Shown here: piece after piece, positions 9,301-24,300 of the stretch | How positions within the stretch are numbered: position 1 is the stretch's first letter | Layout of the letters: each line of letters opens with the position of its first letter | Assembly (NCBI GenBank): GCA_964016885.1 | Contig: OZ024741.1 | Span: forward strand, 341,930,001 to 341,994,000 | Length of the DNA stretch: 64,000 nt | Source: Eledone cirrhosa | Taxonomy: Eukaryota | Reading direction: 5' to 3' | Made by a program: the position numbers and the translations under genes | The notes under the pieces: model-generated | What the model was told of the DNA's origin: nothing | Database searches by the model: none | Seen by the model: the letters and a program-made list of their open reading frames with translations, nothing else

Positions 9301-12300
9301 GTCTACCTATCTCTCCTATAATACTAAAGACACCAACACTGACACTGTCTACCTATCTCTCCTGTAATACTAAATAAACCAACACTGACATTGTCTACCT
9401 ATCACTCCTATAATACTAAAGACACCAATACTGACACTGTCTATCTATCACCCCTATAATACTAAAGACACCAATACTGACACTGCCTACCTATCTCTCC
9501 TATAATACTAAAGACACCAATACTGACACTGTCTATCTATCACCCCTATAATACTAAAGACAACAATACTGACACTGTCTACCTATCTCTCCTATAATAC
9601 TAAAGACACCAATACTGACACTGGTTACCTATCTCTCCTATAATACTAAAGACACCAATACTGACACTGTCTACCTATTTCTCCTATAATACTAAAGACA
9701 CCAATACTGACACTGTCTACCTATTTCTCCTATAATACTAAAGACACCAATACTGACACTGTCTACCTATCTCTCCTATAATACTAAAGACACCAATACT
9801 GACACTGGTTACCTATCTCTCCTATAATACTAAAGACACCAATACTGACACTGTCTACCTATCTCTCCTATAATACTAAAGACACCAATACTGACACTGT
9901 CTACCTATTTCTCCTATAATACTAAAGACACCAATACTGACACTGTCTACCTATCTCTCCTATAATACTAAAGACACCAATACTGACACTGGTTACCTAT
10001 CTCTCCTATAATACTAAAGACACCAATACTGACACTGTCTACCTATCACTCCTATAATACTAAAGACACCAATACTGACACTGTCTACCTATCTCTCCTA
10101 TAATACTAAAGACACCAATACTGACACTGTCTACCTATCACTCCTATAATACTAAAAACACCAATACTGACACTGTCTACCTATCTCTACTATAAAACTA
10201 AAGACACCAATACTGACACTGTCTACCTATCACTCCTATAATACTAAAGACACCAATACTGACACTGTCTACCTATCTCTCCTATAATACTAAAGACACC
10301 AATACTGACACTGTCTACCTATCACTCCTATAATACTAAAGACACCAACACTGACATTGTCTACCTATCACTCCTATAATACTAAAGACACCAATACTGA
10401 CATTGTCTACCTATCTCTCCTATAATACTAAAGACACCAATACTGACACTGTCTACCTATCTCTACTATAATACTAAAGACACCAATACTGACACTGTCT
10501 ACCTATCTCTCCTATAATACTAAAGACACCAATACTGACACTGTCTAGCTATCTCTCCTATAATAATAAAGACACCAACACTGACATTGTCTACCTATCT
10601 CTCCTATAATACTAAAGACACCAATACTGACACTGTCTACCTATCTCTCCTATAATACTAAAGACACCAATACTGACACTGTCTACCTATCACTCCTATA
10701 ATACTAAAGACACCAATACTGACATTGTCTACCTATCTCTCCTATAATACTAAAGACACCAATACTGACACTGTCTACCTATCTCTCCTATAATACTAAA
10801 GACACCAATACTGACACTGTCTACGTATCTCTCCTATAATACTAAAGACACCAATACTGACACTCTCTACCTATCACTCCTATAATAATAAAGACACCAA
10901 TACTGACATTGTCTACCTATCACTCCTACAATACTAAAGACACCAATACTGACACTGTCTACCTATCACTCCTATAATACTAAAGACACCAATACTGACA
11001 TTGTCTACCTATCTCTCCTATAATACTAAAGACACCAATACTGACACTGTCTACCTATCACTCCTATAATACTAAAGACACCAATACTGACACTGTCTAG
11101 CTATCTCTCCTATAATACTAAAGACACCAATACTGAGACTGGTTACCTATCTCTCCTATAATACTAAAGACACCAATACTGACATTGTCTACCTATCTCT
11201 CCTATAATACTAAAGACAACAATACTGACACTGTCTACCTATCACTTCTATAATACTAAAGACACCAATACTGACACTGTCTACCTATCACTCCCATAAT
11301 ACTAAAGACACCAATACTGACACTCTCTACCTATCACTCCTATAATACTAAAGACACCAATACTGACACTGTCTACCTATCACTCCTGTAATACTAAAGA
11401 CACCAATACTGACACTGTCTACCTATCTCTCCTATAATACTAAAGACACCAATACCAACACTGTCTACCTATCACTCCTATAGTACTAAAGACACTAATA
11501 CTGACACTGTCTACCTATCACTCCTATAATACTAAAGACACCAATACTTACACTAGCTACCTATTTTTCTCATAATACTAAAGACACTAATACTGACACT
11601 GTCTACCTATCACTCCTATAATACTAAAGACACCAATACTGACACTGTCTACCTATAACTTCTATAATACTAAAGACACCAACACTGACACTGTCTACCT
11701 ATCACTCCTATAATACTAAAGACACCAATACTGACACTGTCTACCTGTCACTCCTATAATACTAAAGACACCAACACTGACACTGTCTACCTGTCACTCT
11801 TATAATACTAAAGACACCAATACTGACACTGTCTACCTATCTCTCCTATAATACTAAAGACACCAATACTGACACTGTCTACCTATCACTCCTATAATTC
11901 TAAGGACACCAACACTGACACTGTCTACCTGTCACTCCTATAATACTAAAGACACCAATACTGACACTGTCTACCTATCACTCCTATAATACTAAAGACA
12001 CCAACACTGACACTGTCTACCTGTCACTCCTATAATACTAAAGACACCAATACTGACACTGTCTACCTATCACACCTATAATACTAAAGACACCAATACT
12101 GACACTGTCTAACTGTCACTCCTATAATACTAAAGACACCAATACTGACACTGTCTACCTATCTCTCCTATATTACTAAGGACACCAGTACTGACACTGT
12201 CTACCTATAACTTCTATAATACTAAAGACACCAATACTGACACTGTCTACCTATCTCTCCTATAATACTAAAGACACCAATACTGACACTATCTACCTAT

Positions 12301-15300
12301 CACTCCTATAATACTAAAGACACCAATACTGACACTGTCTACCTATCTCTCCTATAATACTAAAGACACCAATACTGACACTGGTTATCTATCTCTCCTA
12401 TAATACTAAAGACACCAATACTGACACTGTCTACCTATCTCTCCTATAATACTAAAGACACCAATACTGACATTGTCTAACTATCTCTCCTATAATACTA
12501 AAGACACCAATACTGACACTGTCTACCTATCTCTCCTATAATACTAAAGACACCAATACTGACATTGTCTAACTATCTCTCCTATGATACAAAAGACACC
12601 AATACTGACACTGTCTACCTGTCACTCCTACAATACTAAAGACACCAATACTGACACTATCTACCTATCACTCCTATAATACTAAAGACACCAATACTGA
12701 CACTGTCTACCTATCACACCTATAATACTAAAGACACCGACACTGACACTGTCTACCTATCACTCCTATAATACTAAAGACACCAATACTGACACTGTCT
12801 ACCTATCACTCCTATAATACTAAGGACACCAGTACTGACACTGTCTACCTATCACACCTATAATACTAAAGACACCAATACTGACACTATCTACCTATCA
12901 CTCCTATAATACTAAAGACACCAATACTGACACTGTCTACCTATCACACCTATAATACTAAAGACACCAATACTGACACTATCTACCTATCACTCCTATA
13001 ATACTAAAGACACCAATACTGACACTGTCTACCTATCACTCCTATAATACTAAGGACACCAGTACTGACACTGTCTACCTATCACTCCTATAATACTAAA
13101 TAAATAAATACTGACACTGTCTACCTATCTCTCCTATAATACTAAAGACACCAATACTGACACTGTCTACCTATCACTCCTATAATACTAAAGACACCAA
13201 TACTGACACTATCTACCTATCTCTCCTGTAATACTAAAGACACCAATACTGACACTGTCTACCTATCTCTACTATAATACTAAAGACACCGACACTGACA
13301 CTGTCTACGTATCTCTCCTATAATACTAAGGACACCAGTACTGACACTGTCTACCTATCACTCCTATAATACTAAATAAATAAATACTGACACTGTCTAC
13401 CTATCTCTACTATAATACTAAAGACACCAATACTGACACTGTCTACATGTCACTCCTATAATAGTAAAGACACCAATACTGACACTGTCTACCTATCTCT
13501 CCTATAATACTAAAGACACCAATACTGATACTGTCTCATGATCAGTTCTATAATACTAAAGACACCAACACTGACACTGTCTACCTATCTCTCCTATAAT
13601 ACTAAAGACACCAATACTGACACTGTCTACCTATCTCTCCTATAATACTAAAGACACCAATACTGACACTGTCTCATGATCAGTTCTATAATACTAAAGA
13701 CACCAACACTGACACTGTCTACCTATCTCTCCTATAATACTAAAGACACCAATACTGACACTGTCTACCTATCACTCCTATAATACTAAAGACACCAACA
13801 CTGACACTGTCTACCTGTCACTCCTATAATACTAAAGACACCAATACTGACACTGTTTACCTATCTCTCCTATAATACTAAAGACACCAACACTGACACT
13901 GTCTACCTATCACTCCTATAATACTAAAGACACCGATACTGACACTGTCTACCTATCTCTCCTATAATACTAAAGACACCAGCACTGACACTGTCTACCT
14001 GTCACTCCTATAATACTAAAGACACCAATACTGACACTGTCTACCTATCACTCCTATAATACTAAAGACACCAATACTGACACTGTCTACCTATCTCTCC
14101 TATAATACTAAACACACCAATACTGACACTATCTACCTATCACTCCTATAATACTAAAGACACCAACTCTGACACTGTCTACCTATCTCTCCTACGATAC
14201 TAAAGACACCAATACTGACGCTGTCTACATGTCACTCCTATAATACTAAAGACACCAATACTGACACTGTCTGCCTATCACTCCTACAATACTAAAGACA
14301 CCAATACTGACACTGTCTACCTGCCACTCCTATAATACTAAAGACACCAACACTGACACTGTCTACCTATCACTCCTATAATACTAAAGACACCAATACT
14401 GACACTGTCTACCTATCACTCCTATAATATTAAAGATACCAACACTGACCCTCTCTACCTATCACTCCTATAATACTAAAGACACCAATACTGACACTGT
14501 CTACCTGCCACTCCTATAATACTAAAGACACCAACACTGACACTGTCTACCTATCACTCCTATAATACTAAAGACACCAATACTGACACTGTCTACCTAT
14601 CACTCCTATAATATTAAAGATACCAACACTGACCCTCTCTACCTGCCACTCCTATAATACTAAAGACACCAACACTGACACTGTCTACCTATCACTCCTA
14701 TAATACTAAAGACACCAATACTGACACTGTCTACCTATCACTCCTATAATACTAAAGACACCAATACTGACACTATCTACCTATCACTCCTATAATACTA
14801 AAGACACCAATACTGACACTGTCTACCTATCACTCCTATAATACTAAAGACACCAACACTGACACTCTCTACCTATCACTCCTATAATACTAAAGACACC
14901 AATACTGACACTGTCTACCTATCTCTCCTATAATACTAAAGACACCAATACTGACACTGTCTACCAATAAATCCTATAATTCTAAAGACACCAACACCGT
15001 CTACCTATCTCTCCTATAATACTAAAGACACCAATACTAACACTGTCTACCTATCACTCCTATAATACTAAAAACACCAATACTGACACTGTCTACCTAT
15101 CACTCCTATAATACTAAAGACACCAATACTGACACTGTCTACCTATCTCTCCTATAATACTAAAGACACCAGTACTGACACTGTGTACCTATCTCTCCTA
15201 TAATACTAAAGACACCAATACTGACACTGTCTACCTATCACTCCTATAATACTAAAGACACCAATACTGACACTGTCTACCTATCTTTCTTATAATACTA

Positions 15301-18300
15301 AAGACACCAATACTGACACTGTCTACCTATCTCTCCTATATTACTAAAGACACCAGTACTGACACTGTCTACCTATCTCTCCTATAATACTAAAGACACC
15401 AACACTGACCCTGTCTAACTATCACTCCTATAATACTAAAGACACCAATACTGACACTGTCTACCTATCACTCCTATAATACTAAAGACACCAATACTGA
15501 CACTGTCTACCTATCACTCCTATAATACTAAAGACACCAATACTGACACTGTCTACCTATCACTCCTATAATACAAAAGACACTAATACTGACACTGTCT
15601 ACCTATCACTCCTATAATACTAAATACACCAATACTGACACTGTCTACCTATCTCTCCTATAATACTAAAGACACCAATACTGACAATGTCTACCTATCA
15701 CTCCTACAATACTAAAGACACCAATACTGACACTGTCTACCTATCTCTCCTATAATACTAAAGACACCAATACTGACACTGTCTACCTATCTCTCCTATA
15801 ATACTAAAGACACCAATACTGACACTGTCTACCTATCACTCCTATAATACTAAAGTCACTAATACTGACACTGTCTACCTATCACTCCTATAATACTAAA
15901 GACACCAACACTGACACTGTCTACCTATCTCTCCTATAATACTAAAGACACCAACACTGACACTGTCTACTTATCACTCCTATAATACTAAAGATACCAA
16001 CACTGACCCTGTCTACCTGTCACTCCTATAATACTAAAGACACCAATACTGACACTGTCTACCTATCTCTCCTATAATACTAAAGACACCAATACTGACA
16101 CTGTCTACCTATCACTCCTATAATACTAAAGACACCAACACTGACACTGTCTACCTATCACTCCTATAATACTAAAGACACCAACACTGACACTGTCTAC
16201 TTATCACTCCTATAATACTAAAGATACCAACACTGACCCTGTCTACCTGTCACTCCTATAATACTAAAGACACCAATACTGACACTGTCTACCTATCACT
16301 CCTATAATACTAAAGACACCAACACTGACCCTGTCTACCTGTCACTCCTATAATACTAAAGACACCAATACTTACACTGACTATCTATCTCTCCTATAAT
16401 ACTAAAGACACCAACACTGACACTGTCTACCTATCACTCCTATAATACTAAAGACACCAATACTGACACTGTCTACCTATCACTCCTATAATACTAAAGA
16501 CACCAACTCTGACACTGTCTACCTATCACTCCTATAATACTAAAGACACCAATACTGACACTGTCTACCTATCTCTCCTATAATACTAAAGACACCAACA
16601 CTGACACTGTCTACCTATCACTCCTATAATACTAAAGCCACCAATACTGACACTGTCTACCTATCACTCCTATAATACTAAAGACACCAATACTGACACT
16701 GTCTACCTATCACTCCTATAATACTAAAGACACCAAAACTTACACTGTCTACCTATCACTCCTATAATACTAAAGACACCAATACTGACACTGTCTACCT
16801 ATCACTCCTATAATACTAAAGACACCAAAACTTACACTGTCTACCTATCACTCCTATAATACTAAAGACACCAATACTGACACTGTCTACCTATAACTCC
16901 TATAATACTAAAGACACCAATACTGACACTGTCTACCTATCACTCCTAAATACTAAAGACACCAATACTTACACTGTCTACCTATCTCTCCTATAATACT
17001 AAAGACACCAATACTGACACTGTCTACCTATCACTCCTATAATACTAAAGACACCAATACTGACACTGTCTACCTATCTCTCCTATAATACTAAAGACAC
17101 CAATACTGACACTGTCTACCTATAACTCCTATAATACTAAAGACACCAATACTGACACTGTCTACCTATCACTCCTATAATACTAAAGACACCAATACTG
17201 ACACTGTCTACCTATCACTCCTATAATACTAAAGACACCAATACTGACACTGTCTACCTATAACTCCTATAATACTAAAGACACCAATACTGACACTGTC
17301 TACCTATCACTCCTAAATACTAAAGACACCAATACTGACACTGTCTACCTATCACTCCTATAATACTAAAGACACCAATACTGACATTGTCTACCTATCT
17401 CTCCTATAATACTAAAGACACCAATACTGACACTGTCTACCTATCTCTCCTATAATACTAAAGACACCAATACTGACACTGTCTACCTATCACTCCTATA
17501 ATACTAAAGACACTAATACTGACACTGTCTACCTGTCACTCCTATAATACTAAAGACACTAATACTGACACTGTCTACCTATCACTCCTATAATACTAAA
17601 GACACTACTACTGACACTGTCTACCTGTCACTTCTATAATACTAAAGACACCAATACTGATACTGTCTACCTATCACTCCTATAATACTAAAGACACCAA
17701 TACTGACACTGTCTACCTATCACTCCTATAATACTAAAGACACCAATACTGACACTGTCTACCTATCTCTCCTATAATACTAAAGACACCAATACTGACA
17801 CTGTCTACCTGTCACTCCTATAATACTAAAGACACCAATACTGACACTGTCTACCTATCACTCCTATAATACTAAAGACACCAATACTGACACTGTCTAC
17901 CTATCTTTCTTATAATACTAAAGACACCAATACTGACACTGTCTACCTATCTTTCTTATAATACTAAAGACACCAATACTGACACTGTCTAACTACCTTT
18001 CTTATAATACTAAAGACACCAATACTGACACTGTCTACCTATCACTCCTATAATACTAAAGACACCAATACTGACACTGTCTACCTATCTTTCTTATAAT
18101 ACTAAAGACACCAATACTGACACTGTCTACCTATCTCTCCTATAATACTAAAGACACCAATACTGACACTGTCTACCTATCTTTCTTATAATACTAAAGA
18201 CAACAATACTGACACTGTCTACCTATCTCTCCTATAATACTAAAGACACCAATACTGACACTGTCTACCTATCACTCCTATAATACTAAAGACACCAATA

Positions 18301-21300
18301 CTTACGCTGGCTACCTATCACTCCTATAATACTAAAGACACCAACACTGACCCTGTCTACCTGTCACTCCTATAATACTAAAGACACCAATACTTACACT
18401 GACTACCTATCTCTCCTATAATACTAAAGACACCAACACTGACACTGTCTACCTATCACTCCTATAATACTAAAGACACCAACACTGACCCTGTCTACCT
18501 GTCACTCCTATAATACTAAAGACACCAATACTTACACTGACTACCTATCTCTCCTATAATACTAAAGACACCAATACTGACACTGTCTACCTATCACTCC
18601 TATAATACTAAAGACACCAACACTGACACTGTCTACCTATCACTCCTATAATACTAAAGACACCAACACTGACACTGTCTACCTATCACTCCTATAATAC
18701 TAAAAACACCAATACTGACACTGTCTACCTATCTCTACTATAAAACTAAAGACACCAATACTGACACTGTCTACCTATTTCTCCTATAATACTAAAGACA
18801 CCAATACTGACACTGTCTACCTATCACTCCTAAATACTAAAGACACCAATACTTACACTGTCTACCTATCACTCCTGTAATACTAAAGACACCAATACTG
18901 ACACTGTCTACCTATCACTCCTAAATACTAAAGACACCAATACTTACACTGTCTACCTATCACTCCTGTAATACTAAAGACACCAATACTGACACTGTCT
19001 ACCTATCTCTCCTATAATACTAAAGACACCAATACTGACACTGTCTACCTATCTCTCCTATAATACTAAAGACACCAACTCTGACACTGTCTACCTATCA
19101 CTCCTATAATACTAAAGACACCAATACTGACACTATCTACCTATCTCTCCTGTAATACTAAAGACACCAATACTGACACTGTCTACCTATCTCTCCTATA
19201 ATACTAAAGACACCAACTCTGACACTGGCTACCTATCACTCCTATAATACTAAAGACACCAATACTGACACTGTCTACCTATTTCTCCTGTAATACTAAA
19301 GACACCAATACTGACACTGTCTACCTGTCACTCCTATAATACTAAAGACACCAATACTGACACTGTCTACCTATTTCTCCTATAATACTAAAGACACCAA
19401 TACTGACACTGTCTACCTGTCACTCCTATAATACTAAAGACACCAACACTGACACTGTCTACCTGTCACTCCTATAATACTAAAGACACCAACACTGACA
19501 CTGTCTACCTGTCACTTCTATAATACTAAAGACACCAATACTGACACTGTCTACTTATCACTCCTATAATACTAAAGATACCAACACTGACCCTGTCTAC
19601 CTGTCACTCCTATAATACTAAAGACACCAATACTGACACTGTCTACCTATCACTCCTATAATACTAAAGACACCAACACTGACCCTGTCTACCTGTCACT
19701 CCTATAATACTAAAGACACCAATACTTACACTGACTACCTATCTCTCCTATAATACTAAAGACACTACTACTGACACTGTCTACCTGTCACTTCTATAAT
19801 ACTAAAGACACCAATACTGACACTGTCTACTTATCACTCCTATAATACTAAAGATACCAACACTGACCCTGTCTACCTGTCACTCCTATAATACTAAAGA
19901 CACCAATACTGACACTGTCTACCTATCACTCCTATAATACTAAAGACACCAACACTGACCCTGTCTACCTGTCACTCCTATAATACTAAAGACACCAATA
20001 CTTACACTGACTACCTATCTCTCCTATAATACTAAAGACACCAACACTGACACTGTCTACCTATCACTCCTATAATACTAAAGACACCAATACTGACACT
20101 GTCTACCTATCACTCCTATAATACTAAAGACACCAATACTGACACTGTCTACCTATCACTCCTATAATACTAAAGACACCAACTCTGACACTGTCTACCT
20201 ATCACTCCTATAATACTAAAGACACCAATACTGACACTGTCTACCTATCTCTCCTATAATACTAAAGACACCAACACTGACACTGTCTACCTATCACTCC
20301 TATAATACTAAAGACACCAATACTGACACTATCTACCTATCTCTCCTGTAATACTAAAGACACCAATACTGACACTGTCTACCTATCTCTCCTATAATAC
20401 TAAAGACACCAATACTGACACTGTCTACCTATCTCTCCTGTAATACTAAAGACACCAACACTGACACTGTCTACCTATCACTCCTATAATACTAAAGCCA
20501 CCAATACTGACACTGTCTACCTATCACTCCTATAATACTAAAGACACCAATACTGACACTGTCTACCTATCACTCCTATAATACTAAAGACACCAAAACT
20601 TACACTGTCTACCTATCACTCCTAAATACTAAAGACACCAATACTTACACTGTCTACCTATCACTCCTATAATACTAAAGACACCCATACTGACATTGTC
20701 TACCTATCACTCCTAAATACTAAAGACACCAATACTTACACTGTCTACCTATCACTCCTATAATACTAAAGACACTAATACTGACACTGTCTACCTATCA
20801 CTCCTATAATACTAAAGACACCAATACTGACACTGTCTACCTATCACTCCTATAATACTAAAGACACCAATACTGACACTGTCTACCTATCTCTCCTATA
20901 ATACTAAAGACACCAATACTGATACTGTCTACCTATCACTCCTATAATACTAAAGACACCAATACTGACACTGTCTACCTATCACTCCTATAATACTAAA
21001 GACACCAATACTGACACTGTCTACCTATCTCTCCTATAATACTAAAGACACCAATACTGACACTGTCTACCTATCACTCCTATAATACTAAAGACACCAA
21101 TACTGACACTGTCTACCTATCACTCCTATAATACTAAAGACACCAATACTGACACTGTCTACCTATCTTTCTTATAATACTAAAGACACCAATACTGACA
21201 CTGTCTACCTATCTCTCCTATAATACTAAAGACACCAATACTGACACTGTCTAACTACCTTTCTTATAATACTAAAGACACCAATACTGACACTGTCTAC

Positions 21301-24300
21301 CTATCACTCCTATAATACTAAAGACACCAATACTGACACTGTCTACCTATCTTTCTTATAATACTAAAGACACCAATACTGACATTGTCTACCTATCTCT
21401 CCTATAATACTAAAGACACCAATACTGACACTGTCTAACTACCTTTCTTATAATACTAAAGACACCAATACTGACACTGTCTACCTATCACTCCTATAAT
21501 ACTAAAGACACCAATACTGACACTGTCTACCTATCACTCCTATAATACTAAAGACACCAATACTGACACTGTCTACCTATCTTTCTTATAATACTAAAGA
21601 CACCAATACTGACACTGTCTACCTATCTCTCCTATAATACTAAAGACACCAATACTGACACTGTCTAACTACCTTTCTTATAATACTAAAGACACCAATA
21701 CTGACACTGTCTACCTATCACTCCTATAATACTAAAGACACCAATACTGACACTGTCTACCTATCTTTCTTATAATACTAAAGACACCAATACTGACATT
21801 GTCTACCTATCTCTCCTATAATACTAAAGACACCAATACTGACACTGTCTAACTACCTTTCTTATAATACTAAAGACACCAATACTGACATTGTCTACCT
21901 ATCTCTCCTATAATACTAAAGACACCAATACTGACACTGTCTACCTATCTCTCCTATAATACTAAAGACACCAATACTGACACTGTCTACCTATCTTTCT
22001 TATAATACTAAAGACACCAATACTGACATTGTCTACCTATCTCTCCTATAATACTAAAGACACCAATACTGACACTGTCTAACTACCTTTCTTATAATAC
22101 TAAAGACACCAATACTGACATTGTCTACCTATCTCTCCTATAATACTAAAGACACCAATACTGACACTGTCTACCTATCTTTCTTATAATACTAAAGACA
22201 ACAATACTGACACTGTCTACCTATCTCTCCTATAATACTAAAGACACCAATACTGACACTGTCTACCTATCACTCCTATAATACTAAAGACACCAATACT
22301 TACGCTGGCTACCTATCACTCCTATAATACTAAAGACACCAACACTGACCCTGTCTACCTGTCACTCCTATAATACTAAAGACACCAATACTTACACTGT
22401 CTACCTATCTCTCCTATAATACTAAAGACACCAATACTGACACTGTCTACCTGTCACTCCTATAATACTAAAGACACCAATACTGACACTGTCTACCTAT
22501 CTCTCCTATAATACTAAAGACACCAATACTGACACTGTCTACCTATCACTCCTATAATACTAAAGACACCAATACTGACACTATCTACCTATCTCTCCTG
22601 TAATACTAAAGACACCAATACTGACACTGTCTACCTATCACTCCTATAATACTAAAGACACCAATACTGACACTGTCTACCTGTCACTCCTATAATACTA
22701 AAGACACCAATACTTACACTGACTACCTATCTCTCCTATAATACTAAAGACACCAACACTGACACTGTCTACCTGTCACTCCTATAATACTAAAGACACC
22801 AATACTGACACTGTCTACCTATCACTCCTATAATACTAAAGACACCAACACTGACACTGTCTACCTGTCACTCCTATAATACTAAAGACACCAATACTGA
22901 CACTGTCTACCTATCACTCCTATAATACTAAAGACACCAACTCTGACACTGTCTACCTATCACTCCTATAATACTAAAGACACCAATACTGACACTATCT
23001 ACCTATCTCTCCTGTAATACTAAAGACACCAATACTGACACTGTCTACCTATCACTCCTATAATACTAAAGACACCAATACTGACACTGTCTACCTATCA
23101 CTCCTATAATACTAAAGACACCAATACTGACACTGTCTACCTATCACTCCTATAATACTAAAGACACCAATACTGACACTGTCTACCTATCACTCCTATA
23201 ATACTAAAGACACCAATACTGACACTGTCTACCTGTCACTCCTATAATACTAAAGACACCAATACTTACACTGACTACCTATCACTCCTATAATACTAAA
23301 GACACCAATACTGACACTGTCTACCTGTCACTCCTATAATACTAAAGACACCAATACTTACACTGACTACCTATCTCTCCTATAATACTAAAGACACCAA
23401 TACTGACACTGTCTACCTATTTCTCCTGTAATACTAAAGACACCAACACTGACACTGTCTACCTGTCACTCCTATAATACTAAAGACACCAACACTGACA
23501 CTGTCTACCTGTCACTCCTATAATACTAAAGACACCAATACTGACACTGTCTACCTATCTTTCTTATAATACTAAAGACACCAATACTGACACTGTCTAC
23601 CTATCTCTCCTATAATACTAAAGACACCAAAACTTACACTGTCTACCTATCACTCCTATAATACTAAAGACACCAAAACTTACACTGTCTACCTATCACT
23701 CCTAAATACTAAAGACACCAATACTGACACTGCCTACCTATCTCTCCTATAATACTAAAGACACCAATACTTACACTGTCTACCTATCACTCCTATAATA
23801 CTAAAGACACCAATACTGACACTGTCTACCTATCACTCCTATAATACTAAAGACACCAATACTGACACTGTCTACCTGTCACTCCTATAATACTAAAGAC
23901 ACCAATATTGACACTGTCTACCTATCACTCCTATAATACTAAAGACACCAATACTGATACTGTCTACCTATCACTCCTATAATACTAAAGACACTAATAC
24001 TGACACTGTCTACCTATCACTCCTATAATACTAAAGACACCAATACTGACACTGTCTACCTATCACTCCTATAATACTAAAGACACCAATACTGACACTG
24101 TCTACCTGTCACTTCTATAATAATAAAGACACCAATACTGACACTGTCTACCTATCACTCCTATAATACTAAAGACACTAATACTGACACTGTCTACCTA
24201 TCACTCCTATAATACTAAAGACACCAATACTGACACTGTCTACCTATCACTCCTATAATACTAAAGACACCAATACTGACACTGTCTACCTATCTCTCCT

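Noticed and set aside
23908-23937. Perfect TTGACA-N18-TATAAT sigma70-like promoter; the consensus satellite A unit has cTGACA-N18-TATAAT
   Set aside because: The context is eukaryotic repeat DNA with no downstream gene, so this is most likely coincidence in an AT-rich monomer. It could matter only if the array is cloned in E. coli.
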